The position numbers were made by a program, and so were the translations under genes. 52,537 nucleotides of DNA from Bigelowiella natans CCMP2755. Lineage: Eukaryota; Protista; Cercozoa. The stretch lies in the NCBI GenBank assembly GCA_000320545.1, contig ADNK01001741.1, positions 1 through 52,537 on the forward strand, read 5' to 3'. Below, one piece after another: positions 38,178-51,694 of the stretch; position 1 is the first letter of the stretch, and each line of letters opens with the position of its first letter. The notes beneath the pieces were generated by a model, which saw nothing but the letters and a program-made list of their open reading frames with translations, made no database searches and was not told the DNA's origin.

Positions 38178-40868
38178 TTACTACTACAACAACTGCTGCT
38201 TTGTGCACAACCTATTCTGACCATGGACTCTATCCATTCGGAACGCGTGAATAGGTGCTCTGGGTTTGTCGGATCCTTCGCAAGTAAGAATCGTAAGAAC
38301 ACCAGCAAAAACACCGAAGAACTCTACCCAAAATAGCAGCAACAAAAGGATGCTGTGCTGCAAATACACATGCGTTCCTAGGCCTGGGACCTACCTCGTA
38401 GAGGACGAAGCCCTTCCCACGATTTTCTTCTGATTGGATTTCCATAATGTTGACCCGCTTGAAGACGATGGGGACGAAGGTCACAGTAAAGCCGTGTCGG
38501 AAAAACCCAGTTTCCTACAAAAAGCAACACAGACACTCCGTCTTTCGAGAATCTAGGTGGCATAGTGATATCAAGGTCCGGATGGGGAAAAGGGGGAAGG
38601 GAAGGGGGGGGAGGCTTCTACGCTCCAAGCCATACGAAGCCCCCATCCATGCAAATAGCATCGTGTGCGTTCTCTGCCGCGGGAAACTCGGGAAGGGTGT
38701 CATTTTTCGAAAGAAAACTTCAACGGATGAACGAAATCTCCCATCGTGATGAGTGAAGTCGGATGTTGGTACTTTGCAAAACGCCAGGAAGTCGTTCGCG
38801 CCCATGTACTCTACTGGCAGCTCTTTTCCCGCTAGCCTCTGGAAAATGGCTCTGGGAGGTTGGAAAACAACGAACAAAAGTTTCAAGCAGGTCAAAAGCT
38901 GGGAGCTAATCACCCACCGTAGCTCTTCGAAGTTGTCCTTGATCATGGCTCTAATTTTCTTGCGTTCTTCGGGCTTCCGAACGACGTCTCTGTTATTATA
39001 GGTATGTTTGTTATCCGCGTTGGAGGGAGTTAAGGGAAACGGAAGGGATACGAAAGTGCTAAAAAGAGAAATCTTGGGAGCAGCAGGGCCAGATATGCTG
39101 GTACGTCTGCAGTTACAGAAAACCATTGGGAAAACTTGCTCCGAGACTTTTGCAAATCAGGTTGTAAGCGAAGCTGTTATCTTCAGCGCATATGAGTATG
39201 AAATTGTCTCGCGAGGTGCTCTTCAGCGACTTCGCAAGACAACAATTACTCTCGAAGCTAGCTTCCTTCCCGTATAAGCAAAAGAGGATTTCCTCTTTGG
39301 TGGTGACACCATTTGTCGTGTATATGATAACGGCTCAGTTGACTCACAAAATTTGCATCTCTTTCCAGTCAGCCTCGAAACACTCCTCGGATTCTTCCGC
39401 TGAGGGAGGCTGGACTAATCTGTTGGGCGTTCAAAGTTAGACAACTATTGAAATGTTGGCATCAGGTTACGAAGAATCTATCCTTACTGGTATAAGAATG
39501 GAGGGATTTCAGGCTCTTTCTCTTCCTCGAGCTCCTCTTCCTCCTCCTCCTCCTCCTCCTCTGTAGCAAACGATGTTCTCATTGATAACGGAAGAGATGA
39601 ACACCAAAAGGGCCTAGTTTGCTTCAATGTCGAGAAAACAGCAACAACTCTCATGGGAATCTAAAAAAAAAGGTTTGTCTCTTTGCTATACTCGCAAGAG
39701 AGGTTGTTATAAAAGAGCCCTCAATATCGTTGTTTTCGAATGGTATTCCGATTCGGACACTTTGTTGAAACCACATATCGAAAGGGAACGAGAACTTACC
39801 GGATTCCTCTTTGGGCTTTTCATCGCCCAAGGTCGGGAGATAGGGCTTTAGCTCGTAGTAGTTGACATGTACATTCTTCCTCCCAATAAGGACCTGAAAA
39901 AGCAACGCATATGTATAATATCTCTTATATTTGAGTGGGGTGTGTATTTGTGTCTGTCTGTCTGTGTGTGTGTGTGTGTGTGTGTGTTTGTACATCCAAT
40001 TTGAAAAAATATGTTGTCGAAGAGTGGAGAGTTATGTACACGCACACTCTTGTCAGTTGTAAACGATTCATCGTAGCTCAGAGGTTACCTTTTTCTTTTT
40101 ATAGTTCTTCGCAAGATGCTTTTCGCCATCAACTACGAAGTAAAACTGGAGCTCACTGCCAGGAGGGACAAGTACTCGAGACTGGAGTCGGTTAGAGAAT
40201 CGCATAAGGAAGAACAATAGATATTCATGAGGGAGGAGGAAGCGGGAAGTGCCGGCAGGAACTACATCATATTGGCGATAGAAACAAGCGAACCTCGGCT
40301 TTGAAAGTAAACTTTTTCTCTTTGATTTCCATCACTTGGGGCTCGAGCCACCCGTCCAGGTTGCTCCAGTATTTCACCTGATTATCATAACGATGCGTGT
40401 CAGCCATGCTGAAGAGAGATGGGAGAGGCGGGGGAGGGGTGGGGAGCGCGGGCCACGCACGCTAATTAACATACAAATACACTCACCACTGGCGCCTTTT
40501 TCTCTTCCTCGTCATCTTCCTCGAGAGCTGCTAAAATCTGTTTAAACCACGAACATCAAACATTAGAACCGAAGAGAATATTTGCTTCAAAGCGGATGCG
40601 TGGACAATACATCGTCTTCTTCCTCTCCGTCCGTCGGGCTCTTTTTCTCTGGTTTTTTCATGGGGTCAGGCTGGAACTTGGGAGCGAGGGTAATGAATAT
40701 CCAACGATTCAAGGGGATATATGCTACAGCTTCCCAGATGGTCAATCGGCCATTCCTTTTGCGGCTCGCCTATCGAAGCATAATAGGGTATTGCATGTGC
40801 GTGGTGCGTGGGGATGTCGTCGAATGATCACACAGATGAACACATATGCATAGGCGTGAATATTTATA

Positions 40869-40947
<79 letters not shown>

Positions 40948-41725
40948 ATCTGTGTATGTGTGATATGGAAGCATTGTTTGTGGGCAAAATGAGCAACATG
41001 CGTATACCAATGTGTGCAAGCGTATCTGTGTGGTTTGTTCAGAGTTGACCTTTGTTGCCAATGTGACGGAAACGGTGTCCTTGTCATTGACTCTATCTTT
41101 GATTATTTGTCCTGGCATAAGATTGTCGTTTGTTCGTTCGTTGCGAACATCAACAACCACATACCTTCGGGAACACACATTATGGTTCACAACACACACA
41201 CACACACACACACACAAAACAGTCAGACACAAAACAGGCACACACAAAACAGTCACAATCCCGATACGCACTGCCTGGATGCACAACGTTGGCAAGATAA
41301 AGTGCTATAAAGCAGGAAATAAAACGGGCAACTCTTCTTACAAAGGTGTGATTACTTGTCGGGATGATCCTTAAACTTATGGTGCTTCGAATACCAGAAT
41401 TTACTGGTGAAGGCAAGCCATTTGAAGTTCTGCAAACCTCCGCGGACGGATATTGACTGGCAAAAACAAAACCGTGCTTTGAATTCGACTCGTGAAATTC
41501 TATAGGAAAAGTGGGATGTACCTTGTTCATCTCTCGACAACTGATGTTTAGAGAATTCACTAACTGGTCAAATCGTTGATGCTTCACGATTCTTGTATTC
41601 CGACGTCCATCGTCCTCCGCTGCTGCGTCTTCCTGTTCAACTTCGATGACCTTCTGCTCTTTTTCCTCCTCAGTGTTCACTTGGAGCTCGGGTTTAGTCT
41701 TATTCTCATCCATCTCGTCTGCCAT
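36529..41725 (-). CDS. Large multi-exon hypothetical protein, acidic N-terminus, possibly EF-hand-like helical C-terminal region
   Basis: ATG 41725 (MADEMDENKTKPE..); exons ..RKKIRAMIKDNFEELR|AIFQRLAGKELPVEYMGANDFLAFCK|..FTRSEWIESMVRIG..EYLELLARLAF..|KKFLDYIIEKAVKLEMIEELEEDDD*. Confidence 0.65.
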
Positions 41726-42424
41726 TGCTCCGTTTCACAGTAACGAGTACCGCTGCCACAGGAGATCTGTAGATAAAAATTTTATCATAATATATCTAAA
41801 GTAAATTTTTGCAGTTTAACTTTAAGCTAGTTACTTTTAGGTCGTAAATTAAAATTGGATAGTTTTTTAATGGATATATGTAGCTTAAAATATAGACTAA
41901 TCGTGAACAAGCTGCCTACGTGTAGGACGTACTGTAACTGCGGATGAAACTGAAAGCACTGATCGATGCCCGGGTTAGACGGAAAGGCAGGGCGTTTTTG
42001 CCAAATTATATTCTACGCAGGCAGAAGCCTCGTCGCCGCCCTCGGACCTAGCGCTTAATTTTATTGAATGACAACAAATATTGCATGTCGTTCATTCAAA
42101 ACAGGTTCTAATTTTCGAAGTATACACGAAATTATTGCGGGAGCGTGATCATTGAATATCAATATTCATTAAGGTGGAAGAATTCTCCACCTCCCCCCGA
42201 TTCGTGTGTAGCACATCACATCGTCGTTTTGCACCATTACCCATAGACCTCTTAATACGTCTTCCTCTAACACCTAGGAGGATAAGGAATCTAGCAAAAA
42301 TCAAACTTACCAGAACAGGTTTTAGCGCCATCGAGCAGAAATCGAATTTGCTTCTTCACATATCACACCTGTAATATTCTCATGCATCTGCTGATGTCTT
42401 TAGATTCAGACCCAAATTGCAAAA

Positions 42425-43755
42425 ATGGCATCAAAGGAAGCACAAGTGGCAGAGTTCCAATCTCTGTTTGTGAAGGCGTACCAGATTTACATGAAGAGCC
42501 CAGGTGGACGCTCGCTACTCGACGTCTTTGCGAATGTTGCCTACGGAGGAGTTCCTCAAGTGGAAGAACCAACGCCCGCTGCTGCAGTCGAAGAAAAGGA
42601 AGCAGAGGCCGATCTAACTACTAAAGAAGCTGTAGAGGAGACTCCGGAAGCGGAAGAGGTTAAAGAAGGGCAGATGACTCCGCAAAAGAGCCCTCAAAAA
42701 TCTCCGCGAAGAAGTCCTCGCGTGTCACCAGGTATGCTGAATGAATATGCAAGGACTTTTCAATGTGTTAACAAATACTCCGTACTGTGGCCATAAAAAG
42801 GTGGAGATAGCTCGATCAACTTCGGCGATGATTCTATAGCGAGCGTGCGATCATCTACGCGAGTGCGCCAGCCTGCTGGGGGAGCTTCCTCCATCGTGTT
42901 CGGTGGTGGGGAGGCGGAGGCTGCAAAGCCTTCCACGCGAGTACGCGTTGCGCCAGGGGGACACTCTTCAGTTCAGCTTGGAGGGCCACACCTTGCAAAG
43001 GATCAAACCCGTAAAAAGAAGAAGCCAGAGGTGCCAACACTGAACCACAAGGAACTCCCAACTCCTCGTCAAATGGCAGCAAGCGAGCAAAAGAGTTCAG
43101 TCTTCGAGGCGCATAAGTAATAAAACTTCGTGCATCCCCCTGTCGGACTCGTTTCTAATATATTTCTCATACTCAGAACATCGCCCACCGACAACGCACT
43201 TTCTCCGGATGTGAATGACGTCTTAGTCAAAGCTATTCGCAAGTTCCCTAAATTGAAAGAGGCGTATCAGGAATTTGTTGGCGATAGGTGCTGGAAAGCA
43301 AAATATTCTAACATATATTTCACGGAAGCCTGGCGCACGCGGAAAGCACACATAGACACACACAAATACACACAGACAGACACACACGTGTGCGCGCGCA
43401 TACGCAAACGCCGCCTACGCACTACCATGAGAAAATGGCATGAAATTTTGATAAATTTTGTAAAATAACATGGCCATCTTCAGCTCTGGAAAGTTGGTCA
43501 CTGAAGACTCTTTTAAGAATGCCTGCAGCCGTCTTGGAGTCACGGTTTCTGACGAGTACGTTGACGCGGTAAGATTTATAGAATAGTAACATGTTGACGC
43601 GGTGAGATTTATAGAATAGTAAAGTAAGCTTTCGCGTTATATCTAATTCAATAGCCCTGAAAATTTGATTTCTGAAGGTATTCGCTGAGTTCCAAAAGAA
43701 GGGAAATTTTGGATTCTCCAGCTTTGTGCGTTTTACCAGTAAGATCTCAAACTGA
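42425..43755 (+). CDS. SPIRAL1-like PGG-motif (putative microtubule-associated) protein with EF-hand-like C-terminus
   Basis: Repeats SPGGDSSINFG, SSTRVRQPAGGASSIVFG and PSTRVRVAPGGHSSVQLG; C-terminal VTEDSFKNACSRLGVTVSDEYVDA|VFAEFQKKGNFGFSSFVRF; stop 43753-43755. Confidence 0.7.
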
Positions 43756-44039
43756 TTGGCTTAGATATCGATTGAAAACTCAAGACTTAGCTAGGTTAGA
43801 GGAGTAAATAGCTGAATTTTAGGAGAAGACTAGTTTTTATTCATCCGGAACAAGAATGTTTCAAGGAGAGAGTCAATATCACAATTAAGTATCGATATGA
43901 ACCGTAGATGTCAAGGATGGTAGTAGAGTTGTGATTCAATACATTTAAAATACGATGCCGGAATAATGCTGAGACTGCAATCAGTAGCAATACTAATTAC
44001 GTTTCACAAAAAATAAGATAAAGTTTCATGAGTTCTGAT

Positions 44040-44780
44040 TCGCGGTGTGCAGTTAATGCTATGATGTAATGGTGCCTACGCGATGTAGGATGTCGTAGCA
44101 TTCATGCAGCTAGCTAGTACACTTGTGCTCTGTCTATGCTACGTGCATGCGCGAGTATGTGCCTATCTAGCTATGTCACAGCGGACGTGCTATACATGTG
44201 GCGGGCATAGTCTGCGTATCGTACAGCACTTGTGCACGCGTGTAGCAAGCAGCCATCGATCGTAGCTAACATCCCATGCAGTAGCACCAATATAGCTATC
44301 TATAGCGATCAGCCGATATCTAGCTATGCAATTCACTCGTTCACATTGTAGCCTATAATCAAATTACTTGTGCACCGCATGTTTATTAGCAGTAGAGCAA
44401 TCTAGCAAATACCAGTCAGACGCAATGCGCTAGTGCGATGTTTGCGTGGTGTGCACTCATGTTGTCAGTAGCCGGTGAGATCTAAAACAAGTGCGGTGCG
44501 GTGAAACAAACAGGTCGCAACAGCAGCATTAGAACAATTAAACAATGCTAAAATGATAGAGCTGCTATCTAGCTATCCCAGGACCATCTGCAATGGGCAG
44601 CACTAGAGCACAGGTTGGCGATCCCATTTTCTGACTTCGACATTTTTTGATGCCAGGCCGGAACAATGCATGTGGTTGATTGACGGATCCTTGCATTGCG
44701 CGCGCTACATACCCATACTAAGGAGATGTGGGGAGCAACATAGTAAGCAAGGCGTATTTGGTAGCTTTAGCTATGTCTAG
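44040..44780. other. RY-alternating, palindrome-rich island between convergent genes
   Basis: GCTAGCTAG, TAGCTA, GCATGC, ATCGAT and GTGCAC clusters. Confidence 0.75.
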
Positions 44781-44868
44781 ATGTTGGCTACTACACCGCC
44801 AAGAGTTATATTTTTCTACAATAAATAACAAGACAGCATTGTATCGCAACAACTGCTAATTACCACTG

Positions 44869-45889
44869 TTAGGCAAATTTTCGCTTAGAGTCTCTATATC
44901 TAAATGTGTGCATGAGGATGTAGTATTGTGTCGAATCTTGAGTATTTTTGTCAGGATTTCTTTCCAGGACAAAATGCTGATGGAACGCTTTCTTCACCTT
45001 CATTCCTGCATTTACACATTCGATGTAAGTATCCTTACGCATCGTAAAAGATTTGGCAATGCTACTATAAAATGATTGACCGACTAATTTAGATTGCATT
45101 TATCACCGTATTTTATTGTCCCCGTACATGTCACCTAATGTCATACAACAATTTATGCCAAAGATTATTAAAATGCGAAGCACCTCAAACCGAAAAACAG
45201 TGAACATGATTTCCACGAATAGCATTGTTGCGTATATGTATTAAGAGAAAGATATAACACTCATCAAGGTTGCTATTCAATCAAATGCTGACGTACTCAA
45301 TTACCACAAAACTTGTATGCGGGAATGTGTTGGGTCGGATGATGGGCTGTGCATCGAGCGTTTCGATAGTGTGCTTGGTTCCTGGCAATTTCTGAGGATA
45401 GAGAGCATCATCGTGAGCAAAAAGACCTAGCTTGGGCAATGGTGCAAGCCTCTCGAAATCTTATTTTTTGGATTTACATCATTATTAGAAACTTCTATAG
45501 CTTATCGCCATATCAAAAGCAGATTTGTCACGCGATCTAGATGGTGCGAGGAAAAAATGTCGGTGCAGTTTTGTTCCGCCTCTCTGCCCTTCTCCAAACC
45601 ATAATTGCGTCTGCGTGCCTGACCTTAAGTCCGGCTGCTATATGCTCGCGCCCTTTGAGTGCAATCCCGTTCCATAGCAAAGCTGCAGATATTTCGAGGT
45701 TGCACGCATGAATCAGCTTTTACAACTTGTTAATATGTCGCAGTAAGGGGGGGTTAGGTCGGTTCTACTACTGGAGTTAGGCCGATAAAAGTTGTGAACA
45801 GACTGCCGTTGGGTGTCCGCTATGGTCACGAAAATCTCCTGTTTACAAAGGGATCGATGAATAAGCATATGTGCCAAATACACAAACGA

Positions 45890-45932
<43 letters not shown>

Positions 45933-46253
45933 ACACACACCAGAGCACAGAGAGCGAGAGAAAGGGAGATAGTGGGAGGGGGAGAAACCCACACAAACGG
46001 GGTCGTGCAACACGTGTGCGTGTGAATGCATGTGTGCGTGTGTCCGTGTGTGCGTCTGCGTTGGTTGTTGTTGTTAATACGGACAATAAATTTCTTCGCC
46101 TGCATCGAAGCCAGCATGGCCTTTAGATATTCACATTCGTAGGAGTTAATTAAGTTGTTTAAATCTGGCGAAGTCTTCCGTGAGAAAAATCTAGTTCTCT
46201 CAAGTCATACTCACCAGTTGCGTATCAGGCCTGGTAATTTGTTTAGTCTCCAT
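44869..46253 (-). CDS. NTF2-related export protein (NXT1/p15-like)
   Basis: METKQITRPDTQL|AMLASMQAKKFI|EIFVTIADTQRQSVHNFYRPNS|ALLWNGIALKGREHIAAGLK|KLPGTKHTIETLDAQPI..|VTCTGTIKYG|..KAFHQHFVLE...YYILMHTFRY*; this follows the NXT1 pattern (LIWNG, LDCQP, FxQxF, FR). Confidence 0.8.
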
Positions 46254-46643
46254 CGCTTTCGACTGGCAGCACCCTTATGAGTTAAATCTTCGGACTGGAA
46301 CACCGGGTCTGAGGGAGGAGAGGAGAGAATGGAGAGGAATTCTGCTCGCACGCAAAATTGGACAGAAAAATGCAGATATTTGACCGACAATTACTACGTT
46401 TTCTTCTGCAATACGAAGCCGCGCTTCCTCCAAATCCACAATACCCTCGAATCCTGGTCACACATGTGATATCTTCGACGAAGTTTCCGGATAGAATGGT
46501 CGCAACTTTTGCGGTACCGTGACTCATCCGAGAAAGCGTGCGACAAGACGACGTCAGTGATGAAATATAGGCGGTTTCCGAAAGTAATTGTAAATACCGG
46601 TACTGACAGGTGTTGAGGCTCCGAAGGGGAGCACCGATCAAGT

Positions 46644-48022
46644 ATGGAGGAAGACTATTTCGCCGACACCTACCAAGAGGCACGAGAGAAGTTCCTGAAG
46701 GCCGCCAAAGCTGCAGGTGCAAAGATCGAATCACTTGAACTGAAAGGGCAAAAGGGCCCGGAGGGGGAGACGCTTGCAATTGACATCGCAGTTCTTGGGG
46801 ATGTTAATAACTCCAACCCGGAATCATTACTTCTGCATACTTCCGGTGTTCATGGTAAAACAAACCACATCCCACGCCCAATTTTTTCGGTATCAACGCT
46901 ACATTCGAATCAGGCCCGGAGGGATTTGCGGGGTCGGCCATCCAAACATGGTTTCTGACTCAACTCGCGAAGAACGATGAGTTGAGGAACGAGCTCGGAC
47001 GAAAGAAGGGGACCAAGATCGCGCTTGTTCATGCTGTCAACCCATACGGGTACTTACCATGACTGCTCCATCTTGAAACTGTACAAAGTTACATTTCATT
47101 GTTTTCTTACTACGGTTTCCTATTTGTTGAAAGAATGGCGTGGATTCGACGATATAACGAGAACAACGTTGACTTGAATCGCAACTTCCTCCTCGATCCG
47201 AAGCAGAGCCATGCAGACATCCAAAACGTTGATTATCCCCTCGTGCACGAGATATTCAAACCCTCGAGCTATGGATACTTTGGAAATGCGCACTTCATGC
47301 TCCGCTTATGCAAAGTTGTGGCCGGGTTCTCTTTCAACTTCAAGCGCTTCAAGCAGGCGGTTGCTGGGGGGCAGTACGACTTCAAGGATGGGTTTTTCTA
47401 CGGCGGGGATCGCCTTCAGCCAGGGCCACAGATGCTGGTCGATGCCTTCAAGACGATAGGACTCAACAAGGACAATAAGCAGCTGGATACGGTTCTACTG
47501 CTCGATATTCACACGGGGCTGGGCAAGAATGGGGTTGACATCTTGATCACGATGGACGAGAAGATCTGCGGCCGTCTCGGTGATATCTACGGAAAGTCCC
47601 ACATACAGCCGCCAACCGGAGATATGTATAAGGTCCTGGGAAGCACACTGGACATTGTGGAGAGTCTTGCTCCAACGACGGCAAAGAATCTTCTCAGCGT
47701 TTGTCAGGAGTTCGGAACCATTCCCATGCTTGGATTGAACCTGGGGTGGATGCTTCCAACCTCGCTCAAGAGCATGATCGTCAGGCTGCCTGTATTGAAT
47801 GCGCTTCTCTGCGACGGCGTGCTCAACGCTATGCTGGAAGAGTTGGTAGCGTGGTGCAAAAATCCGAAAACCTCCCTCGCGCACAAGTGCAAAGATCGAC
47901 TAAAAGCAGCGTTCTATGATCAGTCTACTTCGTGGAAGAGACGCATCTTGCACCGTGGAAGGACCGTCCTTTGCCAGAGCCTCAGTCATATTGGAATAAC
48001 AAAGCACGGTGGCCTTTGTTGA
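46644..48022 (+). CDS. DUF2817 / M14-type zinc carboxypeptidase-like protein (2 short introns)
   Basis: YFADTYQEAREKFL, TSGVHG|PEGFAGSAIQ, HAVNPYG|MAWIRRYNENNVDLNRNF, LDIHTGLG, QEFGT. Confidence 0.88.
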
Positions 48023-48139
48023 AACCCGTAGGTATCCACGAAACGCTCAGTGATTCAAGAAGGTGTTGTATTCATGTCGTAAGTATTATTCTGGGAATGT
48101 TAGTAAGGTAGCATCTGTGTTTGTGCATCTTTTATCTAA

Positions 48140-48730
48140 TAATGACAATGCATGCTTTGGGATCGTTCATGTGCCAGAAAAGGCTTGAAGGCGACAAACG
48201 AGCCCACACGGCGCTATGGCATTGTGCAGTTCTAGTGCTACACAGAGAGGCACAAGTGGTCGCAAGATGTCATGTCTCGCTAGTTCGCTACGATGCATTT
48301 ACGCGCTACAATGGCACATCGCAATTTGCATTCTACCCATGTACTCTTCTAGTCTTACTGATGCGGGACAAAATGGGGATCTCTAGATCTAGATGGGAGC
48401 TAGCTAGCTGGACGCGTGCATGCATGTTGGCTAGCTAGCTAGTTGAGAGCGCACTGCCGTTGTTTCGATTGCAGTAGCACAGCTAGATGGTCTCGCACGA
48501 TCGATGTGCGTTGTGGACAGCATCGAGCATGGCAATTGCAAATGCATGGCCTGTAGTTTTTCTGCCAACGTGCATTGCTAGATTGCTAGATTGTGCTAAG
48601 CGCGCCTGTGGACCCAACACAATGCAACATGCATCTGTCAGATGTGCACTTCTGGCTTTCTCTAGTCCTTGTCTAGGCAACCAACGAAGTCTAAAAAAGT
48701 ACTGTGAGCATCATGTACGGCATGAAACAA
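48140..48730. other. RY-alternating, palindrome-rich island between convergent genes
   Basis: GCTAGCTAGC, TGCATGCATG and CGATCG clusters after the DUF2817 stop. Confidence 0.75.
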
Positions 48731-48849
48731 CTTGAATGATGACGTTGACCATCTCTAGATCTGGGCTAAAACGACGACGATCAATGCGTTCAACAACCAT
48801 GTTCCGCGTAATCGAAGCACACAATGACCAGATTGGCGAGTCCAGAAGT

Positions 48850-49770
48850 AGCTCAGTCAGCTTTCGTCATCATCCAAATCCCCCCATGATCTTTGGAGGC
48901 GAGCCATTCGTAGAGAACTGCGTGTGGGGGTACCGAGCAATCCTGGCATCATATTCCTCAGCGGGAGGGCTGCGAAGATGTTGACGTCCGCCTTTGCAAA
49001 GCAACACACCAACACAGAATTCTTTCAGTTTTCGAATGCAGATGCGAACGCTTCGTGCTACGCTCAAAATGCCCCCTGCCAATGGCCTCGGACCATGGCG
49101 CATGAGCCCTGCTCATCGTGGGCTTTGCTAAATTTTTGAACGAATCCCCGTCACCCCGGAGCATGGGCAAAACAACAAACGTGATCGGAGTGCTATTCTC
49201 GTTCTCAGTACCGGTCACCGTCGTATTCCGCTCGTCGTGCTCCTCCCACGGAGTGCTACTGCGGCTGGCACATGTTAGGAGGGGAGGGGAGGGGAGGGGA
49301 GGGGAGGGGAGGGGAGGGGCGGAGGGGGGGGCGGGGCGTGGAAATGAAGGCTAACTGAGCTCGCTTACAATAAAAACAACAATCTGCGCGCACTACACGA
49401 ATCGCACCTTTGCGCTGATGTCGACGATCTCGAATGATCCGTGTTTGTTCCATCAGCACCGCCCCCCCTTGTCTTTCCGCCGCCCAAAGGTGTATGCACA
49501 GGGCGAGGGGGGGGTGAGTAGCTCCGCCGGCGGCGGCGATCGCGGCTTAACGCGTTGTAGCTATGGCGAGGAGGGACGCGTAATCGGCTGCCTCGCCTTT
49601 CCCGTTGTGCTGCCGGATGTGGTTACGAGAAAGAATAAAGAGGCAGACCGCACTGATATCATCTCGCTACGAATGTAATGAGAAGGGAAGGAAATCCTGC
49701 GCTGAAAAATGAACCGTCGGCGGCTAACACTTGCGCTTGGGAGACCAAAATTAATACACATATTAAGTAA

Positions 49771-49814
<44 letters not shown>

Positions 49815-49817
49815 TTG

Positions 49818-49852
<35 letters not shown>

Positions 49853-51159
49853 TATATTTGTATATAGAATTTCAGCAGCAGAAAGCAAGATGATGGCTGT
49901 TGATCTCTCGACGCAAGCTTCCTACCAAGATGTCCTCCTCGACGTTTGTCATCCCAAGATGTGTCCCGCCCTTCAGGCGGCGTTGCCGCGCGTCGTCCTG
50001 GGAAGGAGGCAGCTCTCCTATACCCCCCCCCCATTCCTCTCCTGCTGCTCCGTACCCGGCTCTCACTCTCTTTCCACCGACGCCTCGCCTCATAGACAAA
50101 CGCACGTTTCCTCCTGTTGTTGTTGTTTCTGTTTTTGTTGTAGTAGTAGTTGTTGTCGCCGTTCCCATACCGCCTACAATGGAGAGAAAGAAGGGGGCAG
50201 ATGTTTAGCTTGCATTTACTGTGCCGATATGCGGTGGTCACATGGGAATTGGAGAGGAAGTAAGGAAGGTGGAAAAACGCGTGGCAAATTAGGCTCCGAG
50301 GGATGCAATCTCGCCCGACAATCTCCCAAAGCTCTCACGCCATTTCCCCGTGAATCGCTGCTTACGAATCCCCTCTACTCTCCCAACAGACACGCAAGAA
50401 AACGCCGACACACAGCATTCCTCGCTGCGAGAGGTTTGACGCCATGCTCGCTGTGATGTTTTGCCATCAAAAACCGGCCTAAAATCGACGCTACTTTTTG
50501 CGGTGCGTTACTTGTTCGAGTAGTACGGCTGCAATGGAGGCCGCCCCCGCCTTGGAGATGGCATTCGTCCGTCGTTTCGCCGTCGATATACTGTCCGTGT
50601 GCTACCAGCAGCCCTCACGCGCCTCTCCCCCATTGTCTTGGCTACTCGGAGGTGATGCCGAGCATTACTGTGGTCATCATTGCTGTTGTTGTTGTTGTTG
50701 TTGTCCGCAATGCCTGCGCTTTGCGCTGATGAGGGTTGAGGGGGAGGGGGAGGGAGAGCGGAGGGGTGGGGGGGGAAGGCCACCAAGATATTGGAAAGAG
50801 AGTTAGATATCACGCCAGGTACAAGGTATGCGAAACTTCGGCGGCCAAAAACATGCTTTGGTTAGGTTCTCATCCACATATGATCTTGGTCGCTGGTAAC
50901 GTGCCGAGGCAGATGGAAGTGGAGAAGGAGGGGAGGGGGGGGGAAAGGGGGGGAGGGGAGATAGAGGATGGGGAGGCGATGGAGGTTGGTCATTGGGGAA
51001 GAGTGGGAGAGTGGTGTTTGCTGGTGGTGGTATTGGTAGTGCAATGGATGTTCTTCACCATTCCAGCAGCTCATACCGGCAATGGAAGTACGTGGACGAC
51101 AAGAAGATTGCGTTGGAAGAAGAGATAGACGGAAGGGAGAAAGTGGGAGGGAGACAGAC

Positions 51160-51204
<45 letters not shown>

Positions 51205-51640
51205 CTGAGGCTATTGGGGGCGAGTGAGGGCGGTGAATACTTGCTTGTTTCAATGCTTCGTTGTCGCGCCAATATCATCGATTACACGATCATTCCCTCC
51301 CGTTTAAGACAGATTTGTTACATTCTTTTTCACGCCTCCTCCTCCTCCTTAGTACTATCCTCTTTCATATACTGTTCCTTTCACCGCCGTGTTTTCTTGT
51401 TTATCTGCCCCTTTCATCATGTTACTGCCCCTTGCTCGGGGAATTTTCGTCTGCTTAAGCTTTTCTCTCTACCTCTGAAGGAAGGGAGGGGCGATTGAGT
51501 TTATAAGGTGGTGGTTTGTAGATCAAAGGCGCCTCTCCTTCTTCATTTGTCCCCCCTCTCTTGGCGGGCCTCTGTTGTTTCCGGGAAGTTCCTCTTGATG
51601 GTTGAAATGGTCTTCCCTTCTCTGCGATGACGTGCAGCAT
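48850..51640 (-). CDS. Further minus-strand exons of unknown function (C-terminal extension of the pseudouridine synthase or a separate gene)
   Basis: GC-rich segments bounded by ag/gt between microsatellite introns, e.g. HTDSISTAKRRTNAISKAGAASIAAVLLEQ|gt (~50510-50600); no family recognised. Confidence 0.4.
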
Positions 51641-51652
51641 ACAAGCAAATAC

Positions 51653-51694
<42 letters not shown>

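Noticed and set aside
21780-38190. (TAG)n repeats polarised to the sense strand just after donors
   Set aside because: True for several introns (21821, 27001, 27343, 32401, 38146), but counter-examples exist (~26490, ~50140); too few to claim.
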